DNA of 64,000 bases, taken from assembly GCA_021432655.1 (NCBI GenBank), contig MU271330.1, positions 6,955-70,954 on the forward strand, read 5' to 3'. The notes under the pieces are model-generated. The model had not been told where the DNA came from. It did no database searches and saw nothing but the letters and a program-made list of their open reading frames with translations. Origin of the DNA: Atractiella rhizophila (lineage: Eukaryota). Shown in pieces: positions 1-12,367 of this stretch; position 1 is the first letter of the stretch; every line of letters begins with the position of its first letter. Made by a program: the position numbers and the translations under genes.

Positions 1-2839
1 TTAGGTTACACCAGTTTAGAAGAATGCTGCGAGCAACCTGCCAGTGCTTCCTTCGGTTCTCTCCGTAGTCAGCAGCACCCCTTACACCTCTCTTCCTAGA
101 TCCAGAGAGCACAGCAGCATGTGCAGCTCTAGTTTTATCTCGCCCTTCCCACTCCTCTTCTCACTCAACTTGGCCATTCGTGACGGACCGTTCCACGAAC
201 CTAAAGCCTTCTAGTTGAGGTTTGTTGTTCCACACCTCTCCAAATAACTCTCAAGCTTCACAGACCCACCAGAAGCGTCAATGCGCCTGTTCCAGAACTG
301 ACCGGTGTTGACCGATCACCTTCTTCAAATTACAGCTTCCAGTTTGACAAGTCTGCAGTCAAGGTCATGTCTGGGGGCTCTGCGACTTGGATGTCTGAGG
401 AGGGAGACGGTCGTGCGCAGTCCGTTTGTGTGGGTGAAGGACGATCCAAGAATACATTTGCATGAGCACTCGAGCTGTTCCCTCGATCAGCTCGATCAGT
501 TTGTAACGCTTCTAGTCGATGGTACCGTTTTGCGTGCGACGATAGGAAGTCGTCTGTTGTGCAGGAGAACGAATTTTGATGCTCTGCCCGAAACCTGCCC
601 AAGTTTGACAGGATCGCTGGAACTTCGGTTCGTGTTTGCTGTCAGCGATCCAACCGGCGTTTCTCGAATGTCTTTTTGTTTAATTTGTGGAATTTCCTCT
701 TTGCAACAGAATTCAAGGATCTTACTGGGATGGGCGATCATTTGATTCATTCACGCAGACATTCGAGTGGCCGAGTTACATGGATGTGCAAAGTACCACA
801 CCATAATTACGTCGTCAACGTTAACCGTTAGGCGTTTTTAGATCTGTCAGAGCCAGTGACTGAGGCTGCTGCTGCGATGCTGAGAAATTTGGAGGAGGCT
901 GCTTTGGTGTGGGAAGGTTCCCTGCTCCCAAACTCTTTAAACTCCTACTCCCAGCTACTCCAACTCAACCGTGGCGGCTAATACATGACGCCCAACTAGG
1001 AGATGCGTGATCTTCTAGTCGCCTCACCATAATCGTAATAAACTGAATAAACCGCCTGGCAGATTAGGGAGCGTTGGAGGACTCCAGGAGAGTGTCAAAT
1101 TTTAAACTCAATCTCCTTCTAGCTTTCTTGGCTGTTTCCTTACGTCAATGCCATTCACTCTCTCGCTTAGTAAGTTGCGCTAAGGGCCACTCAGAAGCAG
1201 ACAGAAGGCGAAGAGGCGCTGGGAAAATTGATGATCGGTTCCAAGATGGCTCCATTCCTGTCTCACCTTCCCGCACAACGTCTTCCCAGCTACGTATCAC
1301 CCTCACGTGCCGCTCACTCCAACCCCAAACATATATAAACCCATCCCTTCATGGCTCTCCTGCTCCCCAGAGTTATTCGTCTCTTCGCTCACGGCACGAA
1401 ATCTCCTCGTTCTCGAACGGCTTCGTGGTTCGTTTCCCCTCTCGTTCCGAGATAACAGCATCGGTTTGTGAACAATATACTAACCACAGTCGTGGCTGGG
1501 TGGCAACAGTGTCATTTCCTCGTTCGGACTCCCAACTCGTCCAAGTCGATCGGATCCACTGTCCGTTCATCGTTTCCCCCATTTATTCTCGCACGAACCG
1601 AGTTCAAAAGCGCAACTTCCCAACTTTCGCTTTTTTTCCTTTTCTTTAGAACAAAATCGCCATGTCCTCACCAGCAGACATCGCCTACGCCGAACATCTC
1701 GTGCGAGTGACACAGATCTACTTCACGGCTATCTACTCTGTAACGGTTTGGGATTGGATCCTCGCCCTCCCTAAGGAGTATGAGAGGATTTGGAAGAATC
1801 CCTGGTCCCTTATCAAGGTTTTATATCTGTTTAATCGATATTGGACCATCCTCGTCCTAGGCCTATCGCTCGGGAGCTTCTTGAGCAACTTTACCCAGCA
1901 AACATGCGATAGATTCGTCATTTGGATCCCTGCGTTCGTCTCTCCTCACTCTTTACCTCTCACCCCTGTCGAGGCATGTGTTGACTAAAGGTTTGGGATG
2001 GACAGGTTGTGTATGTGGGTGACGGTCTGTTCTGAGTGCATCTTGCTCGTCAGAACGTACGCGATCTGGCAAAAGAATAAATACGTCCTCTGGGGTCTGA
2101 TAACACTTCTCACCGGAGAAATCGCCGTGCTTCTCACTTCCCTACACATTTTTAGGCGTACGTAGTTTTTTTCGGCTCGATTGATCGTTGCGCTGATTTG
2201 ATGCATCAGCGGTTCCCATCTCTGGAGTTGGACCATGCATTGCTACTGGTTCGTATTCCTCTTCATGCTTTGAAGGAAGAGATATTCATGCATCCTTAAT
2301 GGATTAGGTGGAAGCAAAAACGGCAAAGATTTCACCGTTGCTTATTGGGTCTCGCCGATAGTCTTTGACACCGTCGTCCTCATACTCACTCTCTACCGAT
2401 GCATCCGTTACATGAAACAGGGTACGAGGACGCCTATCTTAAAGCTGTTTTTAAGAGATGGAGTGCTGTATTTCGGATGTATTTTCATCTGCAATCGTAC
2501 GTCCCCCGTACCGTTATTCGTTTTGGAGCACCATCGTTTTAACATTGCCCGCTTGGAGATAGTGATCAACACAATCTTTTACCTTCTTCCGAATCCTGCC
2601 CTTCAAGCAGTCAACAGTCCCATGTTTGTCCCCCCTTCTCTTTCCTGTCCGGATCATTGATTTCGTTCGAACAAGGTCCCTGCTGCTCACCTCTGTCGCC
2701 TGCTCACATATAATTCTCAACCTTCGAGCCGAGGAAGCGCACGCCGTCGCTGCTGTTGGACAAGGTACCTTCTTCAGGAACCACGCTGCCGGACAAGCGA
2801 CCAATCTCAGTTCCTCACATGGAGCTCATGGAGTCTCGA
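1..2839 (+). repeat. Inverted segmental duplication, left copy (matches 42466-45299 on the minus strand; runs off the left window edge)
   Basis: Bases 1-60 are the reverse complement of 45240-45299. Identity continues with scattered SNPs and small indels to ...GGAGTCTCGA at 2839 (=42466), then stops abruptly. The ORF track shows paired near-identical ORFs (305..745/44559..44999, 1662..1988/43316..43642). Confidence 0.97.
1331..1339 (+). promoter_or_regulatory. Putative TATA box of the DUF6533-like gene
   Basis: ATATATAAA about 330 bp upstream of ATG 1662, followed by CT-rich sequence; retained in the second copy. Confidence 0.35.
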
Positions 2840-3060
2840 TAAGTTTCAAACGGACTCACATGACAGTTTCGCCAGTTTTGCCGTCTGTTTTCGGATGTGC
2901 CTGCCGTAACACGACCATATCAGAAAGGCTCGACATATCACACGGAAAGAGCTACCGTGAAGGTTGGAGCAGAATATTGACCGTCGAAGTTGAACACCCC
3001 CTTTGTAGCCAAAGTGTTTGGATCCAATTCATAGGGCAATGCATCTTCTTTAAGCGCTAA
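1662..3060 (+). CDS. DUF6533-type multi-pass (GPCR-like) membrane protein, duplicated copy with chimeric C-terminus
   Basis: N-terminal YSVTVWDWILALPKEYERIWKNPWSLIKVLYLFNRY, later ILLVRTYAIW, FDTVVLILTLYR, LFLRDGVLYF and SHIILNLR motifs typical of the basidiomycete DUF6533 family; several short introns. After 2839 the frame reads into unrelated sequence to a stop at 3060. Confidence 0.8.
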
Positions 3061-3746
3061 AAGGTGTCCGTAACTGGGACAACGAATTTGTACGGTTGGA
3101 GTAAGAATGAAGTTTATACGTACAGATTGACTACATTCGTGTTGGCTACCCATCATAGATGAAACAGTGCGCCGTCACTATGAACAATATCGTACCTGTC
3201 GTCCGCAACGCGTTTGCAACCAAGGGGTTATCAGTGTACCCATTGCGATACTGTAACATTGAACATGTCAATCAACAGAATTACCTGTTGATCAGTACCT
3301 ACCTTTCCGATCAGAGCATGTCTAGCTCTTCTTTCTCTCACTAATTTCTCTGTTCGGACCCTAGCCTTTCCTTTGAGTTCCGACAGTTCAGCGGGAAAGC
3401 ATTCGTACCATTTGTTCTTGAAGTCAACATATCCATTCCTGAATCTGAAGGCAGAAATCATACCGTCGCCATTGAAATTGACCTCGTTAGGGTAGAGGGG
3501 TACGACTTGAGGGTCTGGGGCAACTCTGAAAAAGGTACCATCTTGGAAAAAAGAAATGAGTTCTAGATTTGAGATTGGACTGGACGGAGGAGCTATCTCA
3601 CCAATTTGGGGTGGGATGGTCCCATCAACAATACAATCAAAGACTTCCGCTTCGGCTCGGCAGGGGGCATCAAAACCATCCCACGCAGGTTCACGAAGGT
3701 CCAGCCAGGTCCTTCCCGCTTTGTCACAAGAGCCATTGATAGCCAT
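2840..3746 (-). pseudogene. Carotenoid cleavage oxygenase / lignostilbene dioxygenase family gene, 3'-truncated at the duplication junction
   Basis: Spliced exons give GFDAPCRAEAEVFDCIVDGTIP, DGTFFRVAPDP..FNGDGMISAFRF, ANTNVV, HLLALKEDALPYELDPNTLAT and TFTAHPKTD (RPE65/CCO superfamily). The last exon ends about 2860 and the following intron is cut at 2840. Confidence 0.85.
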
Positions 3747-4179
3747 GATAAGATGTTAAAGCGACTCGATGCTTTGATTTTGACGAGTGTACCGACCTCT
3801 TATAAGGCTGACGTGCAATAATAGCCATAGCCACTTTGCAGTAATCGAATCCCCTCCCCCCTCCTCCAAACTGGAAAACGATTTTGCCGCCGCGAATATC
3901 GTATCATGACGGGCTTCTTTAGACTGAGTCCCAGTCCCGCGATGACCAAGACAACAATTCCATTGCAATTCCTTTAGAAGTTTTATTTCCGTTAGGCTGC
4001 AAATCGATGCGGTGGTTTCAGCTCATCCTGGAGGCGATTCTGACTCATGGAGCTGGCCTTGACCATTTTCGAAATTTCAAGCTTAGGCTTTGGTCTTCGC
4101 AGAAGCTTCCCAAGTTGCATCCTTCCATCTTTTGAGTGATTCGGATCCTTTCGTTTTCGAAAATAAAGCGCACCAAAAC

Positions 4180-5986
4180 ATGTCAACTGTCGCGGTCACC
4201 CAAACTGAGGTGGACATCGCTGAAAATTCACCGACCAAAGCAGAAAAGGAGAGAAGCAAGCCCTTTCATCAGATTTGGCAACGCCTGAAGTCAGATAATG
4301 CATTGCTCAAGGAGATGGCATGTCATCTTACGATGATCGTCGCTGGGTACGCCTTCAAATGAGAACGACATCCACTACTAACAACACTGAAGGTGGAATG
4401 GAGCTGCAGCTGGCCCGCTGATACCCTACATCCAGCCGTATTTCAAGGTAGTAGATGTTCTTTCCTTATATCAGCTTAAAATGTAACGCATGTCGTGCCA
4501 GGTCTCATTCACCGTCACATCACTCATCTACGTTGGGGAGGCAATAGGATTTGTGCTTGGTGGGATATCAAATACGTGGTTAACCGACCGGTAATGTTTC
4601 TCGAATATTCCTGAACGAAGCTGACCTTGAACACGAAGATATGGGCTCGGAAAGGTGCATTTCCTCATGAAACCATGATGGAGAGCTAACACAAAGAGGA
4701 GGTGATTGCATTTGGCGCTCTGATGCAAACATTATCTTATGCTTTGATTGCACCTGCTATTCATATGGGGGTCATGGTTTTCGGTTCTTTTACTTTCCTT
4801 ACTGCTTCGGGAAGGATGCTGACGCACATCTAGGGAGCGTCATTGCAGGGTACGGACTATCTCTTCAAGTACGCTGCTATGCTTTGACGACTGACTGCAT
4901 TTGACATGTTTTTGCAGGATGCTGCAGCGAATGCCTACATCGCTGGATGTCCCAACATGGCCTTCGTAAGATCATGGTCCCAATTCGTTCGCACAACTGA
5001 CTTTGTTTATAGAAAATGGGACTTGCCCACAGTTTCTTCGGCTGGGGAGCGTTCCTCTCGCCCCTTGTCGGAACCGCCTTCGTCAGTCATGGAGTACAAT
5101 GGTCTCTTTTTTACCTTACCGCCTTGGGACTCTCTGGGCTGAACGTCGTCGCTGTCATATTGGCTTTCAAATTGAAGGCAGCACCCGTTGAGGATCCTCA
5201 GGAATTGGAGATGGCCTCTACTCCCACTGCACAACAAACGTTTGAAGCAAAGAGCAGTTGGGGAAAAGTGAAAATAATTCTGAAGAACAGGACGGCTCTC
5301 ACAATGGCGTTATTCCTCCAGCTTTACGTTGGAGCAGAGATTTCGTGAGATCATCTCCTGTCAGCTTTCTTTTGTGCATTAAGTGCTTCAACAGGATGGG
5401 AGGTTGGATAGTGTCTTTCCTTGTTGAAGAACGAGACTCGGCTCCTTCCGTCGGTGAGCATTCGTCTCGGATTCGCGACTGTTGAATTAACGGTCAAAAG
5501 GTTATGTCGCAAGCGGTTTCTGGGGTGCACTTGCAGTAGGACGGCTTATTCTATTCCCAATCCAACGCTACGTTGGTGAGAAGAGGGCAATTTATCTCTA
5601 CGTCCTTCTTGGCGCAGCTTTCCAGATAACTATCTGGCGAATCCCAAGCTTGATTCAAAACGCCATTGCGACAGCACTTGTAGGATTGGTATTGGCGCCG
5701 TTCTATCCCATTGGTATGAGCCTAAGCAGCAAGTTGCTGCCGCGAGAGTTGCATAGCAGCGCAATTGGTCAGCTAGCCCACTCGCAGCAGCGTTGTGCTG
5801 ATGCAAGTTCGTACAGGATTGATTGGTGCATATGCGGTCACAGGTGCCGCCATCTGGCCGTTTGTGATAGGTAGTCTGGCAGAGACATACGGGGTCTGGG
5901 CTCTTCATCCCATGATGCTTGCACTATTTGGTAGCATGGGAGTCATTTGGTTCTTTGTACCTGATGTTAAAAGAAGGGTGGACTAA
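4180..5986 (+). CDS. MFS transporter (Bsc6/TsgA/fucose permease-like)
   Basis: Multi-exon. Motifs GWNGAAAGPLIPYIQ, WLTDR-YGLGK, QDAAANAYIA, MGLAHSFFGWGAFLSPLV, LYVGAEISMGGWIVSFL and GFWGALAVGRL; many hydrophobic segments. Confidence 0.9.
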
Positions 5987-6224
5987 ATGTATTTGAATAA
6001 AATAGACATGGAGCTCAGGTTGCAAACTACACTTTTCAAAATCCTTCTTCATTCAGCTTGGTTCATCCCTCGCTGTCCCCTCTACTAGCTCATCCGTTGT
6101 GGCATCGCGAGTAAATTGGAAGATCGGGATAGTTCAAGCTCCAGAATGTCAGATTTTATGCTACTTGCTCATCATTGCTCCTTCTTCAGTATCATAATAA
6201 TGCATGGAAAACAGGACTAAGGCA

Positions 6225-6753
6225 TTATTTCTTTGTTCCATTTAAGAGTTCGGCTACAATACTTGCACCTTCCTGAACCTTGTTGGCCTTCTTCCAACTT
6301 TCCTCAACCTCTGCCTTCAATCTTTCAGGACTCATGTCAAAATTCTGAGCATCTCCAACTTGCAAGGCTCCTAATCCACCTGCCAAAGTATTTGAAAGAA
6401 CAGAGAGTGAGGCAAGAAGTGCTTGTAAGCGGGCTGTAAAGCACCTCTTTAGAGGCACGCCAACAAAGTAGCAACACCAAGATGATACACCTACCGTAGG
6501 TAGGGCCAGAATCATAAGAAGGAGAAAAAGCATTTTCACTGCGCGAACATAGGTTCAAACCCATTAGCCATTTCTAGAACGCGTTCACTCACATCCCTTC
6601 CTCGATCTTTTCTATCTCGTTCCTTAGCCTCTCCAGTTCTCCTCCAGGTTTTATCAGCTCTGTGATGCTCCTCGACATCTCCTCCCGTTCCTTTGATGGG
6701 ACATTAGGAGATGCCAGAAGTTGAGGTGTATCAGGGAATTGCAGTCCTTGCAT
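6225..6753 (-). CDS. Small hypothetical helical protein
   Basis: ATG 6753 opens MQGLQFPDTPQLL...ELERLRNEIEKIEEG followed by a GTGAGT donor; last exon ends ...ASIVAELLNGTKK*. No family recognised. Confidence 0.5.
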
Positions 6754-6855
6754 TTGCGAAAATCGAAATCGACAACATAAAAGCTAGCCCCTTAGGCACT
6801 CGACGAACCCCGCAGGACCTGCATCACTTTTTACCTGTGTGGATATTTTTCGAAG

Positions 6856-7496
6856 ATGTCGGGCTCACCAGAGGTAGATCCAGAATTTGACCCTCTTACC
6901 AACACTCTGAGACCTCTGGACGACTCATTATTAACCATCCGGGTCATCAAATCCCTCACATATCGAAACTTCAAACCATTGATCCTCCCTCATGTCGATT
7001 TGACAAAGACGACCGTTGGACAGCTCAAGGAGCTTGTCAAGCAGCGTGAGCTTTCATTTGCAAACCGTTGGAATATTCCGTTAAAGAGCGAAGCAGAAAT
7101 TCTTACGCAGTCCGGTTGGAAGGCATTTAAAGGTTTTGTCGACCAGTTAGGCATGCAAAGGCTTTTGTCCCGCTTCAGAAGCTGAACGGTTTTACCGTTT
7201 AGACACGATGAAGATCTATACTCACGCGCATGGATCTAAGGCGTGTATATCGCGCAGACAGAATTTCTGTTAATTGAGAAAACTTGCAGACAACAGACTT
7301 GATCATCAACATGACCAATCCAGAATGGGTCTTGAACGATGACTCTTTAACGCTACGGGACGTAGGCATTCGTGTGTCTTCAACGTTTCACAAGAACGAT
7401 CTAACTTTATCAACAGAAAATGAAACGGAAATCAGCTTCTTCAACTCCAAGGATTTTGAGGAATACTCCAAGCATCCCGGAGAGATCAAGTGGTGA
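6856..7496 (+). CDS. AIM29: DUF2340 / UPF0538 (C2orf76/Aim29-like) protein
   Basis: LTNTLRP..LLTIRVIKSLTYRNFK.LILPHVDL, DTMKIYTHAHGSKTTDLIIN and ENETEISFFN..HPGEIKW match the Aim29/C2orf76 family; 4 introns. Confidence 0.88.
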
Positions 7497-7593
7497 CCCT
7501 TTGGAAACGATGCATAACATAATGAAATGGAAATGTAATGTTGTCACAGTGAAAGAAAAGGGACAGACCCCATTCTACAATACCCCAACTCTT

Positions 7594-8111
7594 CTATCCT
7601 TCAGCTACTAAGACAACGATGCAGCCAGCTCCAACCACAAAGGTCACCCAAGCCATAAGTAATGAGGTACCCCAACCGCTTTGAACGAATCCGGTATGCC
7701 TTTTCATGAGCGTTTGATAACTGTAAAATGAAACTAGTGAAGAGACGAGGATGATGATGGCTGTGGCGAAATAAAGCGATCCGAACTGAAAGTAAGTGCT
7801 TAAGTGTAGTTGAATACACAACAATCAAGAGGGAAGAACGCACCGGTATGGCCAGAATTTTCAGTAGATCAGGGAACTCAGGCTCCTTCCCATTGATCTC
7901 TTGGACTTGGAAGCGAACGAGCAGGGCGATAGCGATGGTGAAGAGGGTAACAGCAAGTTTGAGGAATGAGAGGAAGTTGCGTTCTCGTGCTGCATCGTAA
8001 ACTCAACGACAAAGTAAGTATGTGGTTACGCGTAAACGTACCCAAGTAATCTCTAGCAGTGGATCCCTCGTTCACGATGACCCTTGGTGATAGAAAATGG
8101 AAAACCCCCAT
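7594..8111 (-). CDS. DUF202 (YidH/VTC1-like) small membrane protein
   Basis: NEGSTARDYLA-RERNFLSFLKLA motif followed by three hydrophobic segments. Confidence 0.8.
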
Positions 8112-8422
8112 GTCGACGTCTTTCTTGAAGCCTTCCCTCTTCCGGCCGGGCTTGCTTCAAGTTTAGGGTTTGCGTTTAGTGGAGAGAGTGTGGGGTAGTG
8201 TAAACTAAGTAACAGGAGGTCACGGTGAAGAAGGATTTTACATTTCATCGAAGGATCGAGCGACCGAGAGTGACCTTTAGGGGAAGGCATGTGTCATATG
8301 TTTATCAAGGAGTAGAACTGAATTTTCCTGATACTTCAGGTTCGCGGAGAACCAAATCGTCAACTTTCCCAGTCATCGTCCAAATCCGAGTCGTTCAAGG
8401 ATCAGGCCAGCCATATCACACC

Positions 8423-10229
8423 ATGCGCACGGCATCTAGATCTAGCCTTCGTCTCTCACAGTCCAGTGCCACTCTGGCAGCAGGAAATTTTCTGCAAGAA
8501 GAGCCGTTCAGCTCAGAGATCAAACGCCTGCGCCGAACCATGCTTCTCTCCGCTTCGTGCCTTTCCATCGGGTCACACTTTGGATCTCACATCCTCGGAC
8601 CCCTGCACACACAGTTTGGGAGCGATACAATGTTCTCGATCCTCCTGAGCAGCTTTCAGCTCCTGAATACCATTACAAGCTTGGGCGGATTCGTGGTACC
8701 AAAGTGCTCCCCTTCTCCAATGGCAGGAATGACACTGACTGGATCTTTTTTCGTGTAGGTACGGAGTAGGAAACGCTGGTCTTTTCTGCACTGGCATCAT
8801 AGCACTTGGTCAAGGCACGGTATGGGCCAATAATAGAGCAGAGAATGTTTGGGGCATGGTCTGTCAGCTCCTTCTCCATATGCTAACGGCTCAACGATGT
8901 CTATAGACGTTAGGTCTGTTAATATTCGGGATCGGTATATCTCCCTTGGCTGCCGTACAAGAATCAATAATCGTCAAGCACTTTTCCGCGCCAGCCCCAG
9001 ACGGCGGAAAACCCAAGGTCGGTCTCACCGTCGCTCTCGCACTATTGGCCGGCAAAACCTCCTCTTTCGCAGCTGGCGCACTCTCCTCCCCGCTCTCCAC
9101 TAACTTCGGGCACACCGCTCCATTCCTTGTCTCCTTCCTCCTATCTGCGATTTCTTTCTGTGCGTGTCTGGTGTATGTCAATGCAGAGAGGAAGTACGAG
9201 CGGTTAACGAGCGGTTTGATTGAGGAGGTGGGGACGAGACATCGACATTCTTTTGGATGGAAGGACCTTCACGAGTTCGGGGACGCGTTTTGGGGCTACA
9301 TTGGCATTTGCTGGATTTTCGGAGGGTTCATGTATCCTTTTTTGCACCTTTGTCCGTATGTTCTCTCCTCTTTGTTCTCTATCGATCGAGATGGCTCATG
9401 CATACGGACAGTGAGATTCTTCAGACGCTATACGACACAACTTCTAATCAAGCCGGGGCTACAGCTTCCATCACTCTCCTATCCTCAGTCATCCTCTATC
9501 CACTCGTTGGCCGTTGGTTAGACTCTAGACCGTTCGACCTTCCGATCTTCTTTACCGTTGGGTCGTGTCTTCAACTACTGTCCATATCCATCCTCCTCAA
9601 TCCATCCCTACGAACACTTTTTGGTCGTTGGGTTTCCATCTCTGGTGCAGCTCTGGGAATAGGGTATGGGCCGTTACTTCTGGTATTAGCATGCGCAAGA
9701 GTGGTGGATAGGAAGTGGGTGAGCGTAGGTTTAGGTATCCATAAGAGTTTAGAGATGTCTGGCTCTACCGTCATACAATCTGTGCGACTTCCCCACTCCT
9801 TTGATTGAGTAGAAGGCTCATGCAAGATAGATTATGGGTCGGATGCTAGACACGACCTCGGAGGGCGAAACCGATACATCTAAGCAGCGTGTGCTGGCAG
9901 TCCTCTTCCTATTCTTCATCCTCAACATTCTGCACCTCTGCACCATCTTCCTCTTCAATCGCACGCTGCACAAACGCCATCTGTCCCTATACACTACTCT
10001 CCCGAAAGAGCCTCATGAAGGGGAAGAGGACGACCCACTGCTCTCCGACTCGGAGGATGAAGAAGAATTTGGCGATGAGGGTGTGGTTGCGAAGTTGAGG
10101 AATGAACAGTTACGACTTGAGACGAGGAGACGAGGTCGGTTCTTTTCTACATTCTTTGCCCTCGCCGTCGTCGGAGCTTGGGTAGCGTTCATCCTTAATG
10201 TTCGGGCGGAAAGAGCTGGAACGGCTTAA
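8423..10229 (+). CDS. MFS transporter (MFSD1-like)
   Basis: SIGSHFGSHILGPL, FSILLSSFQLLNTI, IFGIGISPLAAVQESIIVKHF, LYPLVGRWLD and VGLGIHKSLEMSGS; roughly 12 TM segments over several exons. Confidence 0.8.
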
Positions 10230-10470
10230 AGGAGTTTTCCTTTATTCTCTGGTTATACTCGAGACCTCATCCTTAGATGGCTGCCATTCTAGGACGCTGG
10301 GGGACTGAAGCCGATGATAAGGCGCATTCATTGATGACTTGACGACTTTCGAGATTCAAACTTGCAGTTTTATGCAGGAGTTTAGTTCAGTTGGAGGTGA
10401 TATACCAATGACCAATGTAGTATCACATCACGACCATGTATCCAAGTTGTAATTTATACCCATCCTTAGT

Positions 10471-12367
10471 TCAAATTTTGCTTCTCTTAAACGGGTTCGA
10501 GCTTTGCTCCTCGCCCTTAGCAGAAACCAGCTTTCCAACCTCCATGGAGACCGTAATCTGGCCTCCTAAGCTCCTCCCGGATTTTTTCATCAAGATATCT
10601 CCAAGGGCATCAGATCGTCGTTTTTTGCTCCGTCCTGTAGATTTCCTCTCCGTCTTCCGCTGTTCTCTCCTCCACACTTTCTCTGCACCTTTCTTCTCGT
10701 CTAGTCCCTCCGGAGCAGGAGAAGGAGCTGCTAACGGTAGAGGGAGGCGAACAAACATCCCTGCGATACCGTTTGTCGGATCGTGATCATGATTTGACCT
10801 GGGGATACGTTCCAAGCTCTTCTTCCGTCTCTTACCCTCTCTTTCGTTTTTCTTTCTGAGTGGCATGGAAGGAGGAAGCGAGAAGAAGGAGGAAGGGATT
10901 GGACGGAGCAGGTTTGGTGTCGAGGGGTCGAAGTGGAGACTGGAGGGCTGGAGAGGAGTTGTCTCCTCCTCTGCTTCAGAGGAGGACTCGTCCATACTCC
11001 ACTTGTCTCCGTCCTCCTCCTTCGCATCGCCGTCCCACACATCCACCGCCAGCTTCCTCTTTGGTAATTCCTCGTCTAATCCCCTCCCGAACGCATTGAC
11101 GAAATCCCTCTTCCTCTGCAGCTCCCCTTCCTTCTCCCTATCCTTCAACTTTTCTCTATCCGCCACTTTCCCCGTACCAAAGACCCTCCCGAAAGTAGGG
11201 GAGAGGTACATAGTATTCTGTTGCTCCCCTCCGTTCGCTTTCTTCCAAGAATGCGATTTTTGAGTGGCCTTTGCTGATGAGGAGGATGACGAGGAGGAGA
11301 GGGAGAGGGAGATGGTGAACGGTTTTCTGAGTTTTGCAGTTGGATGGGTGGAAAGAGGGATGGAGGGGAGGGAGGAGAGGAGGGCGAGGTGGACGGAGGG
11401 TGAGAGGAATGGAGAGAAGAGATGGTATTCAGCGTCTCGTCCGAAATTGAACGGGTCTTCGTTGTCTATTTCTACCCTTCCGCTGTGCCGGAGAACCTGA
11501 GGATGTCTGAAGCCTGTGGAGAGGCTCAGGGAAGGAAAGAGGACGAAGTTGGGGATAGGATGGATGTCTATTCCACCTTTGGCATTAGTATCATGACCAA
11601 CACATACTTGTTCAAGTCATATTTGAAGATGAGAAGGGTCAATGAGAGAGCAGCAAACACGAACGAATGACGAGGACTTGTCCCTTTGCTGCTTCCACTA
11701 GTATTCGCTCCACTTCCTCCTGCTCCATCGCACTGCCTCGCTTCCCGTCCACTGCATGACACATAGAAATGGGAAGACGTTGGAGTCGCAGAATGCGCAG
11801 ACAAGGCCATTTCCCCTCGTTCCCAAAGCAAGGATACCTCTCGCTGGACGGGAAGAGTTCTCTGGTAATTCGTTTCGCGTTGGAGGTGTCGGAGGAAGGA
11901 GGAAGGGAGAGTGAGAGGTAGATGATCGTCTGTGAGAGCGGGAAAGGGATGGATATAGAGCGAGGGATTTGAGGGAGAGAGAGGGTGGTGATGGGAAGAG
12001 ATCGGAGGAATGGAGGGAGAGAATGCTCTATGGTGCCATCTGTGGATATGGAGACGGAGATAGCGAGCGTCTTCCACCTATCCATCCACCCCCACCCATC
12101 TTCCTCCATGTCCCTAACCCGGTCCTCCTCCTTACTTGATTTAGACAGATCGGCAACCTTCAAAGAAAGGCATTGGATGGCATGCCACAGTTCTGGAGGC
12201 AGATGACGTGGGCGGTATCGACGAAGGATGGTGCGGAGGAGGAGCTGGATGGTGGGTGAGAGGGAAGAGCTGGACTCGGAGAGGGAGTGAAGGAAGGTGG
12301 GAGAGAGGTGGTGCTTCTCGATCGTGAGGTGGCAGAGGGAGAACAGGGTCGGTATCCTCCTCTCCAT
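10471..12367 (-). CDS. Hypothetical protein (leucine-rich N-half, low-complexity charged C-half)
   Basis: Long ORFs 11639..12511 and 10471..11211 are joinable by introns; likely start MERRIPTLFSLC at 12367. Confidence 0.55.

Noticed and set aside
1074..1649. 191-aa ORF present in both duplicate copies
   Set aside because: TTG start, overlaps the TATA/5' UTR region, no motifs, and compensating indels change the frame between copies; its conservation only reflects recent duplication.
6056..6140. Imperfect hairpin (AGCTTG..ATCCC / GGGAT..CAAGCT) between convergent genes
   Set aside because: Only two short stems with mismatches; no ncRNA family motif.
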